Positions 26,801 to 36,925 of a stretch of 64,000 bases of DNA are shown here, piece by piece. The number at the start of each line of letters is the position of its first letter. Within the stretch, counting starts at the first letter, position 1. The stretch covers positions 32,001 through 96,000 of IMG/VR virus record IMGVR_UViG_3300025853_000041; one strand, written 5' to 3'. Made by a program: the position numbers and the translations under genes. The notes under the pieces were generated by a model, which was not told the origin of the DNA, did no database searches, and saw nothing but the letters and a program-made list of their open reading frames with translations. Source of the stretch: a virus.

Positions 26801-29800
26801 AGAACCCACAGAAGAGGTTAGCCCTGAGGACAGTCCAGAGACTGTTGAGGGGAATGAAATCACTGATACTGGCATCCCAGAGGCTGCACCTCCTGTGACT
26901 ACAACTCCATTTGGCACTGTCTCAACAGATAGAAACCAAGAAGTTGAAATGTTAGCAGAGGAATTCAAAGAAGCAGTATCAGAAGATATGGAAACTATTG
27001 AAGGTATGATTGAAGATGCACCTGAAGCTCCACCTATGGACATTTTTATGGACATGGATGAAGATGAGATGATTGAATCTTTAGGAGGTAAAAATCAAGG
27101 TAATCCTTTAGTAAGTATAGGTAACAAGATGAAAGATTTTGTTGCAAAGGCTAAGAAAACCACAGGTAGAGATGTAACTTTTGAAGATTTCTTATTAGCT
27201 GTTGCTGGTAGAGGACCAATATCTGATTACAAAAGCTACTTAACCTTATTTGCAAATGCTTGGAGCAATGCAGGTTTAGGTCAAGTAAATGCTCAAGAAA
27301 AGTATATAGCTGCAGTTGAGATGGCAAACCTACTTAATGAAAAAATTGAGATGGCTACCAATGAAGTTCTAGAAATATCTCCAGAGCAAACTAAAAAATT
27401 AGAAACAGAAGAAAAAGCTTTAGGTTTAACAACCACTGAAACAGAGGTAGTTAATCGTGATGCTAATGGAATTCCTGTTGTTACTCAAAAAAGAGATAAT
27501 GTCTTTGACGAGATTTACAAGATTAATAATGCTGCACTTGAGTTTACAGAAGAAGAAGTAACTGACCCTGAAACAGGAGAGGTATATATTCGTAGAACTA
27601 CTGCTCCTATTGCAAAAAGAAATGAAGAAGCAGGCACAAATATTAATAATCTTGTACATCCTGACAAAAATAATAAAGGAGATATTGTCACTGTTCCTAA
27701 ACCTGTCCCAGAAGAGATAGGAAGTATTATGGTTTCAGTGAGAAATGATAAAGGAAGAACAGTTAAAAGAATATCTTTTGCAGAATGGGCTGAAGAGAAT
27801 AGAGGAGACATGAGTATGGAAGAATTCTCTGAAACTGATGAATACATTGCAAAAGTTCCTATGTTTTATGTAGATAGTGAAGGACAAAAAATAGGCTGGG
27901 TAGCAGAGGCTGACTGGTTTAACCCTTCAACTGAAGGAGAAATGTCTGAAGCTGACAGAAACAACATTAAAGTAAGTAACCTTTCTGGAACTGAATTAGC
28001 TGAAATCGAAAGAAAAAAGCAAAGTGCTCTTTCATTAAGAAAAGAAATCTTAGCAGGGAATGTAGAACAATTTGAAATAGTTTCAGATGGTACTTCATTT
28101 GTTAGGTTATACTTCAAACAAGATGAAGAAGGTAACACTATACCTCCAAAACCTTTATCTGAGGTAGCTCCTGATAGTCAGATAGCAATAATGGGAGTTA
28201 ATGGTCTGCATTTTGTAGATGGTCAAACTCAAATTAGTACTGATGATATAATCAATTGGGGAGACAGTGATTCTGGTTTCTCAAGAAAAGTAGAAAAAGT
28301 TTCTGCTGATGGGAAATCTAAAAAGTTTGTTGTAGAGAATGCTAATAAAGCTGTATATCTTCAACATGTAGCTACTGTCAATGGAGTTAAAAAATATGAG
28401 ATTAGTCTCACTCAAAGACAAAATGATGAAAATGGTGCAGGTGTACCTAAATCAGTAATTGAGACTGTAAGAATTTTGGCTGCTGCTAATACTATTTTAA
28501 TGAATGATACCTTTAGTGTTAAAAAACCTGGTAACATTCCTTTCATTGCTAAGGATAATCCTTATAGAATGACAAAAGAGCAAGCTCAACAGATTCATGA
28601 TAAAGTTAAAAAAGAAACAGGACTTTCTTTATCTACATCTCTAAATGAGTTGATAGAAGGACTTGTTAACATTAAAGATGCTAAGGGAGGAAAAGTGAGT
28701 AGTGGTCTTACAATAGCTAGTCTATCTAACAGGTGGGACAAAGATAATGGTCATGCTGTTAAAGATTCACAGTTTGTTGAGAATACTAAATTTGGTAGAG
28801 ACACACATTTAGGTAAAATTGTATCTATTGCTAAAACAGATAATGGACAATTTGAAGTAAATGTTATTGCAGAAAGTTATATTGACTACTTAAAGGACAC
28901 ACATAAGACTAATATGATGGGTTACAATGTAGGCACAAGTGATAATCCTGTATATACTCCTGCTATTCAACAAGCAGTTAGAATCAAGCCAATCAGAAAA
29001 GTAAAACCAGTTAATGAAATTGTAGAAGAAAACACTACTGCTCCTACTGTTATACAAAAAACAGAGAAGATTGTAGAAGAAGTTAACAATATGGATGAAA
29101 TTGCTGAGGTTTTGGATATTGAAGTGGAAACCAAAACTGAAGAGCAAAAAGTTGCAAGAGAGGCTGCTTTAAATAAAGCCATTGCTACTATTGAAGCTCT
29201 TGGAGGTCAGGTAAACACTGTTGAAGAAAGTGATGAACTTATTGTTTCTGAAATGACTTCAGCACAAAATGTTACTGATTCAATATTAATTACTGAAGGA
29301 TTAACAGTAGAACAAGAAGAAGACCTTATTGGTAGTCTTGCTGCTGAACTGGCAGATAAAAACGCTGATTATAAGCAGATAATGATGAACCTAAATAGTG
29401 ATTTAGCTCATGCAAATACTGCTATTACTAATTCTAAAAATGATTTAATTGATTTTAAAGGTAATCCTACTGTGGATGCTGTGTTAAATTCTTTAAATAC
29501 TTTGAGCACACAAATTCAAAAAGTAAGAGAGAATAGAGATAGGCTGTTAGCTGAAGCTTCTGATAGAGGCAGAAGAGACAGTTTTGTTGTTGATGTTTAT
29601 GAGGAGACAGAAGGAATGTCTGAAAAAGATTATGGTAAAAAAAGTAATGAAGCATTACCAGTAGATAAACTGGGGACTGCTTTGAAAAGAATATTTGCTA
29701 AAGTAGAAACAGGGCAAAAAGGATTCTTAGGTAGAAATAAAATTGCACCATTTAAAAGTATGTATGATACTGTTTTATTAACACTATCTGAATCTATTGG

Positions 29801-32800
29801 AGCAACAACAGACTTTAAAGATATGATGAATATCTTAAGAGAATACTCTGATAGTAACTATTGGATGAAATCTTTAATTGAAAAATTAGAGGCTTCTGAT
29901 GAACAAATACAAAATGCTTTTGTTTATAACATGCATGCTCAAAAAGTTACAGCTTATTTTTCAGGTTTTACTCAAAACAATAATACTTTGAATGCTACAT
30001 TTTATGAGAGTAATTCAAATTCTGCAGTGAGAGCCATTAAAAGAAACTGGCAAGATAACTTTAATAGAACTGCATTAAATGATATGGGTCAATTGAACTT
30101 GGAAGAGGTTAATAGGCTATACAATGAATACTTAAGTTGGGGTAAAAGTCCTGAGAAACAAGATTCTGACACTTTAAGATATTGGTTAGACAACTTTGGT
30201 ATTCGTTTATCAGAGAAGACCATGGAACAGCTTATGTTAGGAGAACTAAGGATTGTAAAAGATGGTGTAGCAGTTAAGCAACCATTTAAGGCTTTATTTG
30301 AGCATTCTGCAGGTGTATTCAATATTTTGAATGAATACCTTATAAAAAACAAAGATGCAAAAGGAGACTTAGGTTTCAGCACAAACACAAAATTAAATCC
30401 TTTCAGTGATATGCACTCTTTATTAGAGCAATTAGCATATCTGGAAGCTAAAAATAATAATAAATATGCCAGTACTACAAGAAGGTCAGGTGGTAAAACT
30501 TTATCTGAAGTAGAGAATATGACATATTTTTACCAACAAATAAGAAAACTTAAAAACTCAGTATTGAGTAAAAACAGTTATGTTGATAAATTAAGAAAAA
30601 CAAGCTTTGCTCAAGATTCTTATATGTTGAGAATGCTTAAAGAAGACCCTGAATTTGTTGAAGCTTTTGACCATGGTTTGATGGACCTTATGGCATTGAA
30701 AGATATCTATAAAGATTCTCCAATGTTTGCAAGTATAGAAGAATTAAGTGAAGAAGATTATCAATTAGCTTTAAGAATTGCATTCCAAGCTAAAGGTAGA
30801 GATGCAAAAATGGACAAGAAAACTGGTTTTAAAATCAGATTATCAAACATGAATACTCTAACCAATTCTGATAAAGGTAGAATGGTAATGTTGAAAACTT
30901 TTGTCTATGATTTTTTCAGAAGTGAACAAGCTTTTGATAAAGACGAAAAGGGGAACTTCGTATTTTCTGATAATTTGAATGAATTGATGTGGAATGATTA
31001 TGTGATGCCTGAATTAAGAAGAATGCACACTTTCATTAATTCAAATCAAGTGACTGATATCAAAGGATATTCAGAGGGAGCTGTTAGATTTAATGTGTTC
31101 CCTGTCCTTAATACTATTACAAACAAAAAAGGGCAAACTATAAAAGAAGCTATTGAAGCTGGAGCCAGTTTAGAACAAATTAAAGAACAGTTTAAAACTG
31201 ATGCCACTAAAGAAGTAGAGAAAAATACTTTTGCAGAAGCTGAAAAAGTTTCAACTAAAAGAAAAACTAATAATGATGCAGAATATTTGGCAGGAAGAAA
31301 AGTTGGAACTCCTGAAGAAAAAAACTTTTTAGCTGAAGTTGATTTTATTTTGAATTCTAAACTGAGTTCAATGAATTATATGCAAATGGTTGCAGGAGAC
31401 CCAGCATTATACTATAAATCAAAAGCTGACAGTACCTCCAAAAATTTAAAAGAGGCTACTAAAGCTTCTATGCAAAGTGCTATTAACCTTGGTAAAAGGA
31501 TGGCAGCAATGATTGCACCAGGAAAGAATTTAGCCAACTCAAAAGGAAACAAGTATATTCAATTATTTATGGATGACATATATGGGTCAGCTTCTAATTT
31601 AGAAGACATTATAGGTTGGCACTATCCTGTTGAAGAGATTGATGAGATGAATCCTGAAACAAAGATGTCTTACAGAGCAATGATTAAAGTTTCTGTATCA
31701 GGAGACACTAAATATGACAAGATATTGAAAGCACAGTTTGATACTGTTTCAGATTTTATTGGAATTGAATCTACTGATGCTCAAGAATACTCAAGTGTTA
31801 AAGAACATCTTTATATCCTTGAAAAGCAAGGACGTTTACCTCAAGAGACAATTAATGAAATTCGTGAAAAGATTGATATGCAGCATAAATTTTACCACAC
31901 TAAATCTAATGTGGGTAAACCTATTCCTGCTGAGTTGTCTTTGAGCACTATAATTAACAGCAAAAATAAAGCAATTGATGGTAAAACACAATTAGAGATT
32001 TTATTACAACCTATTAAGCCTGTTTATACAGGTAGTATGTTAGAAGGAGATGTGAATAGAATAGTCTATATAAAAACCTCATCTTTCCCTTTAATACCTG
32101 AACTGACTGCTGGAACTAAGTTAGATAAACTTAGAGTACAAATGGAAAGAATAGAGCTTGAAACAGGAAAAACAGTGAGAGCTGTACACCATTCAGGAGC
32201 TAAAGTAGGTGGTTTTACTGCTGATAAAACTATAACTAACTTTGATGATGTAATTACAGCAGAAAATCATATGGTCTTAGATAGAGAACATTTTAAAATT
32301 CAGCAGGATGTTCCAAGTAAAGCTGGAAAACCTCAAGATGATTATGTATCTATGGGTACTCAAATCTTTAAACTTTTATTTGGAGATGGTATTGATACTA
32401 TGGAAGGGTTTGAATTTGATGGAGAACCTATTACAGGACAGGAACTTAAAGAGAAATTTTTCCAAACATTCTCAGGAATGGTAAATATGAAAAGAGGAGA
32501 TTTATTAGAATCTTTAGGTTTGGACAAAAATATGGTTCCTAAAAATCTTGCAAAATCAAAAGAATTATTACAGAAACTACTTATTGCTGAAGCTAAGAGT
32601 AGAGGTTTTGCCAAGCAGGACCTTAAAGCTTTAGAGTTAGTAGGAAAAAATAAAAACTTTAGATTGCCACTATGGGCTTCAGGAAACAGTAATAAGTTTG
32701 AAGCAATGTTAAATGCATTAATCAATAATAAAATCTTCAGACAAAAGATTCCAGGTAACAAGTTTGTTACTGCTTCTGAAGGAAACATGGAGCTCCAAGA

Positions 32801-35800
32801 GGGGATTGAAGGATACCAACATATGAGTAAAGTAATTCGTATTGGAAACTATAAAGGAGGAGAGCTACAAAGTACAACCACAAAAGATGGTAAACTACTT
32901 AAAGCTCAAGTACTTATGCCTTCAAGAATAAAATTAGGAGGAAGATTAGTTGATATCTTTGACGACTTTATAGAAGAAACTGGAGAGGGTACTTACATTA
33001 AGTTAGTAGATGGAGCATATCAATTGAAGACTGAAATGATGGATGAAAAACTATTAGAACAGTTTGTATTTAGAATCCCTACTTCTTCTCATGGTTTAGG
33101 CTCAGCAGTTGAAATTGCAGGATTCCTTCCACCAGAGTCAGGAGATTTAGTTATAACTCCTAAAAGTTTTGTTGCTCAAATGGGTCAAGATTTTGATATT
33201 GATGCTTTAACAGCATATCAATATAATCATGTAGTGAGAGAAGATGGAAGAATTGAAAAATTAACTCAAGAGAACAAAGATGTATATTTAGAAGAAAAGA
33301 AAAGACAAATTGCTGATTTAGAACAATCTATCAGACAAAATGGTAAATATGGTCCTGAGACTGCAATATTATTTAATGATATTTTAGCTTCATTATTAGG
33401 AGAAGAAGAAAGTTTAGCTTTCAATATGTATCCTGAAACTGAAGAGGAATTACAAGAAGCTATCAAAAAGCTTAAATCTGAGATTCCTAAAAACATGGAT
33501 AAGAAACTATTAGAAAATGACTTTATTCAAATTCATATTTCTGTATTCTCTAATCCAGCAGCTCAACAAAAAATAAACAAAGCTTTATCTATGGCATTTG
33601 CTGAAGGACAGGCTGAAGATATTGAAGAACTTATTCAAAGTCTTGAGGAAGAGGGTACGACATTTGACATGTTGTCTCCTGAATATCAAAGAGTTAAAAT
33701 GGATAATGGTTCAACAGGGCAGGTTGCTATTGGTATTTACGCCAAAGCAATTACCTTACACAGTAATATGCAACAAGCTTTAGTAAAAGGTGGTGTGCAT
33801 CTTACACGAAAAGTATTTAAGAATGGTAAGCTAAAGAAAACAAGAGCTGGGATTGCAATTGGTAATCTCTACTCTTCTGGAAACTTTGGTACAGATATGA
33901 CAATATCAAATTCTAAGAATAAAACTATTTTAGGTTTAAGAAGAGCTATCTCAACAGTGTTAGATGAAAGAGCAAATACTGCAACAGATAATGAAAAAGC
34001 ACAAATTTTGGGTAAAACTGGTTTGAACCATAAGAGTGCAATTGCTGTTGATAGTATGTTGGCTATGTTAGGTTTTGATGCTGAGCACCAAATTATAGGG
34101 AAAGCATCAGGTTATACTGCGACAGAAAAACCTTCAGAATTTAATGAGGATAATCCATTTCATAGAAGCAAAAAGATTGCAGGTGGTAAAACAATTTACT
34201 ATAAAGAATATTCTATACCTTATCTTCTACACTCTCAACCTATTGTGAAGGAATTCTTTGCTTTACTTGGAGAGAAAGAGTCGATTAGTGCTGAAGAATT
34301 CTCTATGAATCCAAAAGGAGAGGTTATACAAGAACTAATTCTTAAGTATGGTGGACCAGAATATACCATAGTAAATGGAGAGTATGGTATAATGATACCT
34401 GCACAAGATGGCACAGATAGAATGTACTTTGAATCTTCACAAAGAAATGAAGAGTTTACAGGACAGAGATTAGCTGACAATATAAAATTAGGAGATAAGG
34501 CAGACACTATACAACAATTAGAGATTCTTGCTTTATATACTCAATTAATGACAGATGCTGATGGGATTAAAGAAGCTAACAAACATGTTGACCTGGATAA
34601 CTTAGGAAAATCAATGTGGGAGTCTTCTACAAAAGAAGAGGAATTTAGAGAATATTTTACAAACCTAGAGGCTAATTCTAATCTTGAAGGTATTGAAAAT
34701 CTTGTAGGAGAATTCTATGAGAGATTTGAAGTTGAACAGATGGAAGAGGCTGACCAAGAGGGATTATTATATTTAGGAGATAATATCTTCTTAAAACCTA
34801 CTACTAATCAGGGAGTTATGATTGGCTCAGCTTTATCTTTAAGTGCAAATATCTTTAATGGGTTATTCCCTGCCAAGAGTGTGTACTTAAATAAAGTGGT
34901 TAATAAAATTCTTGCAAATAGCAGAATAAACCCCAATAATTCTTTTGCTGTTATTAAGGCAAAAGAGAAGATTTTTCAAGAGGTTAAAAAATATTTGACA
35001 AGTGCTGAAATACTTGGATTATTCAATACAAATGCTAAAGAAGTCAGAGAAAATCTTTTCATTGACGTTCCTGGATACAACACATCCTTAAGCAGTTACA
35101 CTGATTATGTCTTAGCAGCAGGCTTGAAGAAAAATGAGAGTTCAGAGTATAAAGCTGGTTTAGATAAAGTGAGAGGAAACTTATTCCTTAACCTATTAAA
35201 TTTCCAATATGGAGAAAATGGTAAACCATCTTTAATAACTTTCAACAATCAAGAATCTTTTGAAGCTAACCAAGAGGCTATCTATACAGCATTTAAAGAA
35301 CTTATTGCTGAAGATATATCTCTTCCAAGAATTATGAGAAATGGTAAATCAGAGTATTACTCAACAAGACTCTTGGCTCAAGAGCTTATAGCCTATTCTT
35401 ATTCTTCTGGAGGTGTTATTCAAGGAGCAGTAGAATTTCATAAATTCTTGCCAATTGAATATTTAGATGATATGGTCACTAAAACTGCTCAAGGAAAAGA
35501 AATGACACCTTCAACAGTTCTTAGAAGATTCCACACACTATTCAACAATGATGATAATAATGTGGTATTCTTAGAAGAGTTTGAGCAACAGTTTTACCAG
35601 AACAATCCAGGGATGGCAGCTCAACATAAGTTGAAAAGAAGTCCTATCAAAGAAGGTGGAGAGTTTTACACTCTTAAATTTTCTACTGAAGGACCATTAC
35701 CAACATATATTTCTGAAAGAGCACCAAATGTAGGAGGCAAAAACAGAAGTAAGCTTAAACAACATCAGTGGAAACTGTATAAATTAGATAGTGCATCTAA

Positions 35801-36920
35801 AGTGTACTATCCAATTACCACTTTAGGAACTTTTGGTATGGCTGAATATGAATATCAAAATCAAAACTTAACTTCAAGTATGCTTGAAAAAGAGTTTGTC
35901 AATAATAAAGCTTCAGGAATAGAGGTTCAAATGAGAGAAGATGATATTTTAGGGGAACTTCCTGGGGAGGGCACACCTTTAGTTGATGCAGTTGGTATGA
36001 TTGCCAATGGCGAGTTTGGAGATAGTCAAAGACTAATCCAAATAGCTAAGTTTATTGGACCATTATTGAAAACTCAAGACACTCTTAAGTATAATCAAGG
36101 GAATGTATTTGCTAAAGGTAGTACAGGAAAGAAAACTGGGCAGGTTTCACTTAACACTGATAAAATTAGTTCAAGAGAAGATTATGCAATTACACTATTG
36201 CATGAGTCTCTTCATAATTTGACTTCTAGGTTTATGACAGAATTCCTTAATGAAGATGGCACTGTTAAGAAAAATGCTCCAAGTGAAATGTACACTTTTA
36301 TGAATGTTTATAATCAGTATAAAACAGAGTTAAGAAAACTTGACCCTGATAAGTATGACCAATTCATGAAAGAATTTACTGCTTACAAGGAAAAAAGAAA
36401 GAATAATGAATCTGTGAGACCTGATGGGTTTACTTTAAAAGGTGATGAATTTGAAGCTTATTATGCTATGGTAAATCCAAAAGAATTCTTAGCAGTAACC
36501 TTATCAAATGAGAATGACCACTTTAAAAAGTTAGCAAATCAAATGGATTATTATTCAAAAGTAAAAGGATTTAGAAACAAATTAGTAGATATTATTACAA
36601 GAATCGTTAATATAATCGCTAAAAGAGAGAATTTACGAGAAAATTCAGTAGCTTTGCAGGCGATACAAGAAAGCCTGATGGTAGTTAAAGCTGGTTCAAA
36701 GTTTAATTACCAAGCTCAGAAAAGTATAACTCCAGACTTTATGCCTCCTGATATTAGAGATGACATCGGAATGCCTGCTGGAAGATTAGCAGAAATAGAG
36801 GCAATGATGTTACAGGATTCTCAATTACAAGAATTACCTGAAGGTTTCATGCCTGAAGGTGCTTCAGCAGGAGCTTCTTTCTTAAGTGTTACAGAAGACA
36901 TAAATAACAAATGTAAATAA
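23841..36920 (+). CDS. Giant virion-packaged RNA polymerase polyprotein (two-barrel RNAP with N-terminal extension and C-terminal zincin domain)
   Basis: 4359 aa. Catalytic GQDFDID at 33183-33203 is preceded by FRIPT; also TDAQ, QPIKPVY, IKTSSFPLIP, SGAKVG and ATDNEK. C-terminal HESLH (36201-36215) plus downstream KEF forms a zincin motif. Confidence 0.9.
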   Translation: MNEEDILQLKLAGYIVENGNILSPEGQFLSNVEVNGKAYNSLDSEEDYNYLKEAEETILSDRTAAEEAKNQQKEKITQYEANPLIFADLDDVSDEVFTEYMDKKAEDNEPGAYMLKDDLIAEKKSEAIQEDLVNNLETGEPLSTNTIFTEIQKDTMFQDKGINFDILKEVLPTENRIKEIENVDEDVDTILKGVTSEKKDKDRNIFSKLGDWMWDGIYSGIAALTPDGVGMDDKDLKKEYVGLNEKRKNLLKPEIAKISNVLKEELDFYNKDYEENYSNAGALFGREDQDINNYVRRQLQSKINYLDSFVDDANVYNLISEEFLTDVGTLGLRDAHDAVKYRAHLIGKLENGEELTPTEQRAVENLGRIDLLGGLDLEQSTLYNLTYGAGHSVSYLAGGVFGRMAGKVVGKGIAKGVTGAVGSNFASKLATAGGKQVVKESIGRTVGLVGDIATQATLHTSNLANTIDNYYGTVHMGFDEDGNKVLETDRMQYESVQRDITLYEDALNSGLVPEDQLEATKSNLKYLKQMFSEMKEPQTVGGALAKSWTGNFVESASEVATLNVLKGIPNNLVTRKLTEGLRKTPTWKNLVSKTKSFTAGPTNILNKINKPFPKTMEALNSFSGNRLGNVTIGGNLEEALEEVAVQVVPVWGETDKEAAARKDELLHGSFYFNVLAQAPLQKIIMSPVGTAIRGKNYINRKLDADYRQTKKNFNELMKDLQKGGLEKEEFDEILMAAGSGNFSQLEYKNKIKELDERGETVQANKIRENRIFNAAFMAMKHGKGKEFISALEKSLAKQQAPTTIPTQKEAATIAATIQAITEAKAVQKSMKKVEGLPNAEFILNLEYNKRNLEKNKEGIRAELSAIDASELLSDEQKEGQRLMWDGLMEDTEKGLRVLNKKIEGEKSPTKIKRYKDEASMMVFAKRHLEQQKKEGVEQMSLETAIEEAYGKSISNSSKKKVLKTMEAVEILQIAQQEAKEKAAPIVEEPTEEVSPEDSPETVEGNEITDTGIPEAAPPVTTTPFGTVSTDRNQEVEMLAEEFKEAVSEDMETIEGMIEDAPEAPPMDIFMDMDEDEMIESLGGKNQGNPLVSIGNKMKDFVAKAKKTTGRDVTFEDFLLAVAGRGPISDYKSYLTLFANAWSNAGLGQVNAQEKYIAAVEMANLLNEKIEMATNEVLEISPEQTKKLETEEKALGLTTTETEVVNRDANGIPVVTQKRDNVFDEIYKINNAALEFTEEEVTDPETGEVYIRRTTAPIAKRNEEAGTNINNLVHPDKNNKGDIVTVPKPVPEEIGSIMVSVRNDKGRTVKRISFAEWAEENRGDMSMEEFSETDEYIAKVPMFYVDSEGQKIGWVAEADWFNPSTEGEMSEADRNNIKVSNLSGTELAEIERKKQSALSLRKEILAGNVEQFEIVSDGTSFVRLYFKQDEEGNTIPPKPLSEVAPDSQIAIMGVNGLHFVDGQTQISTDDIINWGDSDSGFSRKVEKVSADGKSKKFVVENANKAVYLQHVATVNGVKKYEISLTQRQNDENGAGVPKSVIETVRILAAANTILMNDTFSVKKPGNIPFIAKDNPYRMTKEQAQQIHDKVKKETGLSLSTSLNELIEGLVNIKDAKGGKVSSGLTIASLSNRWDKDNGHAVKDSQFVENTKFGRDTHLGKIVSIAKTDNGQFEVNVIAESYIDYLKDTHKTNMMGYNVGTSDNPVYTPAIQQAVRIKPIRKVKPVNEIVEENTTAPTVIQKTEKIVEEVNNMDEIAEVLDIEVETKTEEQKVAREAALNKAIATIEALGGQVNTVEESDELIVSEMTSAQNVTDSILITEGLTVEQEEDLIGSLAAELADKNADYKQIMMNLNSDLAHANTAITNSKNDLIDFKGNPTVDAVLNSLNTLSTQIQKVRENRDRLLAEASDRGRRDSFVVDVYEETEGMSEKDYGKKSNEALPVDKLGTALKRIFAKVETGQKGFLGRNKIAPFKSMYDTVLLTLSESIGATTDFKDMMNILREYSDSNYWMKSLIEKLEASDEQIQNAFVYNMHAQKVTAYFSGFTQNNNTLNATFYESNSNSAVRAIKRNWQDNFNRTALNDMGQLNLEEVNRLYNEYLSWGKSPEKQDSDTLRYWLDNFGIRLSEKTMEQLMLGELRIVKDGVAVKQPFKALFEHSAGVFNILNEYLIKNKDAKGDLGFSTNTKLNPFSDMHSLLEQLAYLEAKNNNKYASTTRRSGGKTLSEVENMTYFYQQIRKLKNSVLSKNSYVDKLRKTSFAQDSYMLRMLKEDPEFVEAFDHGLMDLMALKDIYKDSPMFASIEELSEEDYQLALRIAFQAKGRDAKMDKKTGFKIRLSNMNTLTNSDKGRMVMLKTFVYDFFRSEQAFDKDEKGNFVFSDNLNELMWNDYVMPELRRMHTFINSNQVTDIKGYSEGAVRFNVFPVLNTITNKKGQTIKEAIEAGASLEQIKEQFKTDATKEVEKNTFAEAEKVSTKRKTNNDAEYLAGRKVGTPEEKNFLAEVDFILNSKLSSMNYMQMVAGDPALYYKSKADSTSKNLKEATKASMQSAINLGKRMAAMIAPGKNLANSKGNKYIQLFMDDIYGSASNLEDIIGWHYPVEEIDEMNPETKMSYRAMIKVSVSGDTKYDKILKAQFDTVSDFIGIESTDAQEYSSVKEHLYILEKQGRLPQETINEIREKIDMQHKFYHTKSNVGKPIPAELSLSTIINSKNKAIDGKTQLEILLQPIKPVYTGSMLEGDVNRIVYIKTSSFPLIPELTAGTKLDKLRVQMERIELETGKTVRAVHHSGAKVGGFTADKTITNFDDVITAENHMVLDREHFKIQQDVPSKAGKPQDDYVSMGTQIFKLLFGDGIDTMEGFEFDGEPITGQELKEKFFQTFSGMVNMKRGDLLESLGLDKNMVPKNLAKSKELLQKLLIAEAKSRGFAKQDLKALELVGKNKNFRLPLWASGNSNKFEAMLNALINNKIFRQKIPGNKFVTASEGNMELQEGIEGYQHMSKVIRIGNYKGGELQSTTTKDGKLLKAQVLMPSRIKLGGRLVDIFDDFIEETGEGTYIKLVDGAYQLKTEMMDEKLLEQFVFRIPTSSHGLGSAVEIAGFLPPESGDLVITPKSFVAQMGQDFDIDALTAYQYNHVVREDGRIEKLTQENKDVYLEEKKRQIADLEQSIRQNGKYGPETAILFNDILASLLGEEESLAFNMYPETEEELQEAIKKLKSEIPKNMDKKLLENDFIQIHISVFSNPAAQQKINKALSMAFAEGQAEDIEELIQSLEEEGTTFDMLSPEYQRVKMDNGSTGQVAIGIYAKAITLHSNMQQALVKGGVHLTRKVFKNGKLKKTRAGIAIGNLYSSGNFGTDMTISNSKNKTILGLRRAISTVLDERANTATDNEKAQILGKTGLNHKSAIAVDSMLAMLGFDAEHQIIGKASGYTATEKPSEFNEDNPFHRSKKIAGGKTIYYKEYSIPYLLHSQPIVKEFFALLGEKESISAEEFSMNPKGEVIQELILKYGGPEYTIVNGEYGIMIPAQDGTDRMYFESSQRNEEFTGQRLADNIKLGDKADTIQQLEILALYTQLMTDADGIKEANKHVDLDNLGKSMWESSTKEEEFREYFTNLEANSNLEGIENLVGEFYERFEVEQMEEADQEGLLYLGDNIFLKPTTNQGVMIGSALSLSANIFNGLFPAKSVYLNKVVNKILANSRINPNNSFAVIKAKEKIFQEVKKYLTSAEILGLFNTNAKEVRENLFIDVPGYNTSLSSYTDYVLAAGLKKNESSEYKAGLDKVRGNLFLNLLNFQYGENGKPSLITFNNQESFEANQEAIYTAFKELIAEDISLPRIMRNGKSEYYSTRLLAQELIAYSYSSGGVIQGAVEFHKFLPIEYLDDMVTKTAQGKEMTPSTVLRRFHTLFNNDDNNVVFLEEFEQQFYQNNPGMAAQHKLKRSPIKEGGEFYTLKFSTEGPLPTYISERAPNVGGKNRSKLKQHQWKLYKLDSASKVYYPITTLGTFGMAEYEYQNQNLTSSMLEKEFVNNKASGIEVQMREDDILGELPGEGTPLVDAVGMIANGEFGDSQRLIQIAKFIGPLLKTQDTLKYNQGNVFAKGSTGKKTGQVSLNTDKISSREDYAITLLHESLHNLTSRFMTEFLNEDGTVKKNAPSEMYTFMNVYNQYKTELRKLDPDKYDQFMKEFTAYKEKRKNNESVRPDGFTLKGDEFEAYYAMVNPKEFLAVTLSNENDHFKKLANQMDYYSKVKGFRNKLVDIITRIVNIIAKRENLRENSVALQAIQESLMVVKAGSKFNYQAQKSITPDFMPPDIRDDIGMPAGRLAEIEAMMLQDSQLQELPEGFMPEGASAGASFLSVTEDINNKCK

Positions 36921-36925
36921 TAATT

